A stretch of DNA of 64,000 nucleotides, taken from contig CAWUVH010000007.1 in NCBI GenBank assembly GCA_963925895.1, forward strand, positions 178,910-242,909. The letters are read 5' to 3'. The translations under genes were made by a program, and so were the position numbers. The DNA is from an uncultured Burkholderiales bacterium. Its GTDB lineage: Bacteria > Pseudomonadota > Gammaproteobacteria > Burkholderiales > Eutrophovitaceae. A model generated the notes under the pieces. That model was given only the letters and a program-made list of their open reading frames with translations. It was not told where the DNA came from and made no database searches. Positions 60,760 to 64,000 of this stretch are shown one piece after another; the stretch's first letter is position 1; the number at the start of each line of letters is the position of its first letter.

Positions 60760-62415
60760 ATGTACATCTACGGTGAAAGTGATCAAAAATTAGTTGAGCA
60801 AAGAGTTACGCAATTTAGAGATCAAACAACTAGATTTCTGGAGGGTTCGTTATCTGAGGATGAATTCCGTCCATTGCGTTTAAAAAATGGGCTCTATATC
60901 CAAAAGCATGCACCAATGCTTCGTGTGGCGATACCGTATGGGCTACTATCCTCTGGACAGTTGCGGTCCCTAGCGGATATCTCGCGCACGTTTGATCGAG
61001 GCTACGGACATTTCACGACTCGTCAAAATATTCAATTTAATTGGTTAGCTCTGGAGAGTGTCCCTGATGTTTTAGACGAATTATCTAAAGTTGGGATGCA
61101 TGCAATCCAGACAAGTGGAAACTGTATTCGTAATGTGACCAGCGATGAATTTGCTGGTTTAGCTCCTGACGAGATTGTTGATCCGTTGGTTTGGTGTGAA
61201 GTCATACGCCAGTGGTCAACGCTGCACCCGGAGTTTGGATATTTGCCTAGGAAATTTAAGATTGCTGTCAGTGGCGCTGAGACCGATCGGGCAGCAATTA
61301 AAGTCCACGATATTGGTGTCCTCGCTGTAAAAAATGAAAGTGAAGAAGTCGGATTCTCTATCTATGTTGGAGGTGGTTTAGGCCGGACTCCGATTGTGGG
61401 TCAAGAAATCCGTTCATTTTTAAAGTGGAACGACTTGTTGACGTATCTTGATGCTGTCCTACGCGTCTACAATCGTTATGGACGACGCGATAACAAATAT
61501 AAAGCTCGAATTAAAATCCTTGTCAAGGAGATGGGTCTTGAGCAGTTTAAGGCTGAAGTTGAAGCGGAGTGGGCCTTTCTCGAAGGGAAGGTTGGGACGC
61601 TGAGTCAAGAGGATGTTTCAAGAATTGAACGTAGATTTGTAAAACATAATTTTGAGGAGCTTTCAGCAGTCAGTGAGGAAGACCTTTTGTCGTCGCTGCC
61701 CCAGGATTTTAAAAACTGGTGTCGAAGGAACGTATCGCAACATCGAATTCCGGGATATTCAGCAGCGGTTATCTCGCTTAAAAAATCTGGAGCAGCTCCC
61801 GGTGATGCGACAGATGTGCAGATGGAAGCTGTGGCTCAGTTGGCTGACGAATTTAGTTTTGGTGAGCTTCGTGTCACACACAGCCAAAACCTCGTTCTGC
61901 CTCACGTGAAAACTACAGAATTATTTAATGTCTTCGAGAAGCTAAAGGATTACGGACTAGAAACATCTAATATCGGGCTTCTGACTGACATCATTGCATG
62001 TCCCGGAGGTGATTTTTGTTCCCTAGCAAATGCGGTATCCATCCCGGTTGCGAATGCGATTCAGGAGAGATTTGATTCGCTCGATTATTTGCATGATATC
62101 GGTGAACTTGCTTTGAATATTTCAGGGTGCATGAACGCGTGTGGTCACCACCATGTCGGAAATATTGGGATTCTGGGCGTCGATAAAAACGGTGAGGAGT
62201 GGTATCAAATTGCGATTGGCGGTCAACAGGGGTTAAGAGCGGAAATCGGAAAAGTAATCGGAAAGTCTTTTCCTCGAGACGAAGTGCCTGAAGTCATTGA
62301 AAAATTGGTGAACGTTTATATTCGACAACGAGAATCATCGGATGAAACTTTTGCTCAAGTCGTTAGCCGGATTAGCTTGAGCCCCTTTAAAGCAGAGGTT
62401 TATGGTGCACATTAA
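60760..62415 (+). CDS. cysI: Sulfite reductase haemoprotein (nitrite/sulfite reductase family, sirohaem-4Fe4S)
   Basis: Cluster/sirohaem Cys motifs CPGGDFC and SGCMNACGHHH are present. I chose the ATG at 60760, 14 nt after the tauE stop. Confidence 0.85.
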   Translation: MYIYGESDQKLVEQRVTQFRDQTTRFLEGSLSEDEFRPLRLKNGLYIQKHAPMLRVAIPYGLLSSGQLRSLADISRTFDRGYGHFTTRQNIQFNWLALESVPDVLDELSKVGMHAIQTSGNCIRNVTSDEFAGLAPDEIVDPLVWCEVIRQWSTLHPEFGYLPRKFKIAVSGAETDRAAIKVHDIGVLAVKNESEEVGFSIYVGGGLGRTPIVGQEIRSFLKWNDLLTYLDAVLRVYNRYGRRDNKYKARIKILVKEMGLEQFKAEVEAEWAFLEGKVGTLSQEDVSRIERRFVKHNFEELSAVSEEDLLSSLPQDFKNWCRRNVSQHRIPGYSAAVISLKKSGAAPGDATDVQMEAVAQLADEFSFGELRVTHSQNLVLPHVKTTELFNVFEKLKDYGLETSNIGLLTDIIACPGGDFCSLANAVSIPVANAIQERFDSLDYLHDIGELALNISGCMNACGHHHVGNIGILGVDKNGEEWYQIAIGGQQGLRAEIGKVIGKSFPRDEVPEVIEKLVNVYIRQRESSDETFAQVVSRISLSPFKAEVYGAH

Positions 62416-62890
62416 AAATCGACAGCTTACGGAAGGTACCTGGAAGCTGATTCAAGACTCAGAAGACTCTCGGGATGGGAGCTATTTACTGCTGCCGTTA
62501 TCTGAGTGGATTGATGCTTATGGAGAAGGCTCGCTTGCACCTTCAAATGTTGGCGCTTGGATCGATGTTAATTTCGAACTGATGGACTTACCTACTATTC
62601 CAAATGTGTTAGGCATTCACTTTGAACAGTTTACTGATGGGCGTGGCTATTCCCTTGCTAGGTTGGTCAGAGAGCGTTTTGAATTTCAGGGAGATCTCAT
62701 TGCCATAGGCGATATCCTGAGAGATCAGTTACGAGATCTTGAGAGGTGTGGGTTTAATGTGTTTGTAATGCGGCCCGATCAGGACGTATCCGAGTCACTT
62801 AAAGCCTTTGATGAATTTGATGTTTCTTATCAAAAGGTTTCGAGTGCATATAAGATCGTTTCTAATCCTATAAAGATAGGAGCGGATTAG
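62402..62890 (+). CDS. DUF934 protein (commonly coupled to CysI)
   Basis: 162 aa with an FTDGRGYS motif. It overlaps the cysI stop by 14 nt and touches the cysH start. Confidence 0.75.
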   Translation: MVHIKNRQLTEGTWKLIQDSEDSRDGSYLLLPLSEWIDAYGEGSLAPSNVGAWIDVNFELMDLPTIPNVLGIHFEQFTDGRGYSLARLVRERFEFQGDLIAIGDILRDQLRDLERCGFNVFVMRPDQDVSESLKAFDEFDVSYQKVSSAYKIVSNPIKIGAD

Positions 62891-63630
62891 TGGATCTCGC
62901 GCAAAAGATTGACATCTCTTTGACGCAGCTTCGCGATGCTAATGAGACGCACCAGCCATCTGCTTTTTCTACCAGTTTGAGCGCCGAAGACATGGTGTTG
63001 CTTGATCTCATTGAGCGATCTGAGCTTGATGTGGATGTATTTACACTCGATACCGGTCGTCTGCCTTACGAGACGTATGAGGTTATTGATTTGGCTCGTC
63101 AAAAATACAATCGAGGGATACGGGTGTTGTTTCCTGAGCCGAATGATGTAGAGACTTTCGTCAATCTTCATGGTGTCAACAGTTTCTACGGGTCAAAAGA
63201 GCTTAGGCAGATGTGTTGCCAGATACGTAAAGTAAAACCGCTTAAGCGTGGATTAGAAGGCAAGCAGCTTTGGATTACGGGTCTTCGTTCTGCTCAATCC
63301 TTAGTGACGCGTTCGAACATAGAGGCAATCTCTTGGGATGCTACTTACGGCCTCTATAAGCTAAACCCGATATTGGATTGGAGTACATCTGAGGTTTTCG
63401 AGTATATCGAGAAATACTCTGTACCAATCAGTGGTCTTTATAAACAAGGCTATACCAGTATCGGATGTGCGCCTTGTACCCGGCCGATAAAAGCCGGCGA
63501 GAGCGAAAGAGCGGGTCGTTGGTGGTGGGAAGACTTAAAAAATAAAGAATGTGGTTTGCACGTGGATGCCCAGGGTCGTTTGGTCCGCAGCTCTGAACGT
63601 GATGATGGAGATGAGAGTAATAAGCTATGA
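62890..63630 (+). CDS. cysH: Adenosine 5'-phosphosulfate (APS) reductase, Fe-S type CysH
   Basis: The CC…CxxC cluster cysteines (QMCCQIRK, SIGCAPCT) and the C-terminal ECGLH are present. The start is a GTG. Confidence 0.85.
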   Translation: MDLAQKIDISLTQLRDANETHQPSAFSTSLSAEDMVLLDLIERSELDVDVFTLDTGRLPYETYEVIDLARQKYNRGIRVLFPEPNDVETFVNLHGVNSFYGSKELRQMCCQIRKVKPLKRGLEGKQLWITGLRSAQSLVTRSNIEAISWDATYGLYKLNPILDWSTSEVFEYIEKYSVPISGLYKQGYTSIGCAPCTRPIKAGESERAGRWWWEDLKNKECGLHVDAQGRLVRSSERDDGDESNKL

Positions 63631-64000
63631 GCGCGGTGATTGAAAAAATTGAGATTTATGAGAAAAACAAAACGACTTGGACGCATCTGGATGCTCTAGA
63701 GTCGGAGGCAATACATATTCTTCGAGAGGTTGCCGCTGAATGTAATAATCCTGCTTTGTTGTTTTCAGGAGGGAAAGATTCAGCAGTGGTACTCCACTTG
63801 GCTCTTAAAGCATTCTTTCCGGAGACGCTGCCATTGACGCTGCTGCATATCGACACCGAGCATAATTACCAGGAGGTGCTTGATTTTCGTGATCGAGTTG
63901 TAAAGAGAAACAACTTGAAACTGGTTGTGCGATCCGTGGGAGAGTCAATTAGGCAGGGGCGAGTTCGGTTGCGTTATGAGGGTGAGCCTCGGAATAAATA
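63627..64000 (+). CDS. cysD: Sulfate adenylyltransferase subunit 2 (5' partial, runs off the window)
   Basis: This ORF is not in the ORF track because it has no stop in the window. The translation …LDALESEAIHILREVAAECNNPALLFSGGKDSAVVLHLALKAFFP…LLHIDT matches the CysD N-terminus, including the PP-loop SGGKDS. It has an ATGA overlap with cysH. Confidence 0.85.
   Translation, partial: MSAVIEKIEIYEKNKTTWTHLDALESEAIHILREVAAECNNPALLFSGGKDSAVVLHLALKAFFPETLPLTLLHIDTEHNYQEVLDFRDRVVKRNNLKLVVRSVGESIRQGRVRLRYEGEPRNK

Noticed and set aside
1-64000. CRISPR arrays, IS elements, rRNA, tmRNA, RNase P RNA and SRP RNA.
   Set aside because: I scanned the intergenic regions by eye. I saw no spaced direct-repeat arrays, no terminal inverted repeats with a transposase, and none of the conserved cores of these RNAs. 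This is a manual scan only, so it is not exhaustive.

Overview
Densely packed chromosomal segment with about 70 protein genes, 4 tRNAs and 1 decayed tRNA copy. It reads like the core genome of a marine, moderately AT-rich proteobacterium, with a gammaproteobacterial flavour (dksA, Uup/YheS-type ABC-F proteins, mlaA, rhlE, a Pro-Arg-His tRNA operon). I saw no rRNA, CRISPR array, transposase, integrase or phage genes.

Blocks from left to right:
1. An operon of FAD-oxidoreductase, DUF1365, CFA-synthase-like methyltransferase and MFS transporter (lipid modification).
2. A cobalt-type nitrile hydratase (nthA, nthB, accessory protein) followed by a co-directional radical-SAM gene.
3. dksA, divergent from a tRNA-Pro/Arg/His operon.
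4. A ZnuA/ZnuB-like metal importer with a porin-like outer-membrane protein but no ATPase gene.
5. A DExD-box helicase behind a 0.7 kb non-coding spacer, a HupE/UreJ-2 plus PCu(A)C copper pair, an ABC-F protein, a beta-carbonic anhydrase, a Sel1-repeat protein, CorA and bioAFD.
6. tRNA-Arg(CCU), a low-GC GNAT islet, uup, and a decayed second copy of the same tRNA.
7. rhlE, mlaA, an SDR, speD/speE and a CoA-transferase.
8. soxA-soxX-soxB without soxYZ or soxCD.
9. plsC, dehydrogenases, sseA, a YtoQ-family gene, an outer-membrane protein and hpf.
10. A PQQ dehydrogenase with the Asp-x-Asp lanthanide signature plus a dihaem cytochrome c. Next to it is a five-gene operon built around a fused SoxY-SoxZ carrier.
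11. Small exported proteins, a MOSC plus PDR-reductase pair, two class II aldolase paralogs, a two-subunit bacterioferritin, PhoX, MetY and FdxA.
12. A tauE-cysI-DUF934-cysH-cysD sulfate-assimilation operon that runs off the right edge.

The best candidate for undescribed biology is the DUF423 / SOUL-haem-binding / SoxY::SoxZ fusion / NIPSNAP / secreted coiled-coil operon at 46.0-48.7 kb, beside the quinoprotein dehydrogenase. Most of the window is ordinary housekeeping DNA.

All calls come from reading the translated ORFs, motifs and DNA by eye. No database search or folding was run. Hand-counted coordinates of non-CDS features may be off by 1-2 nt.
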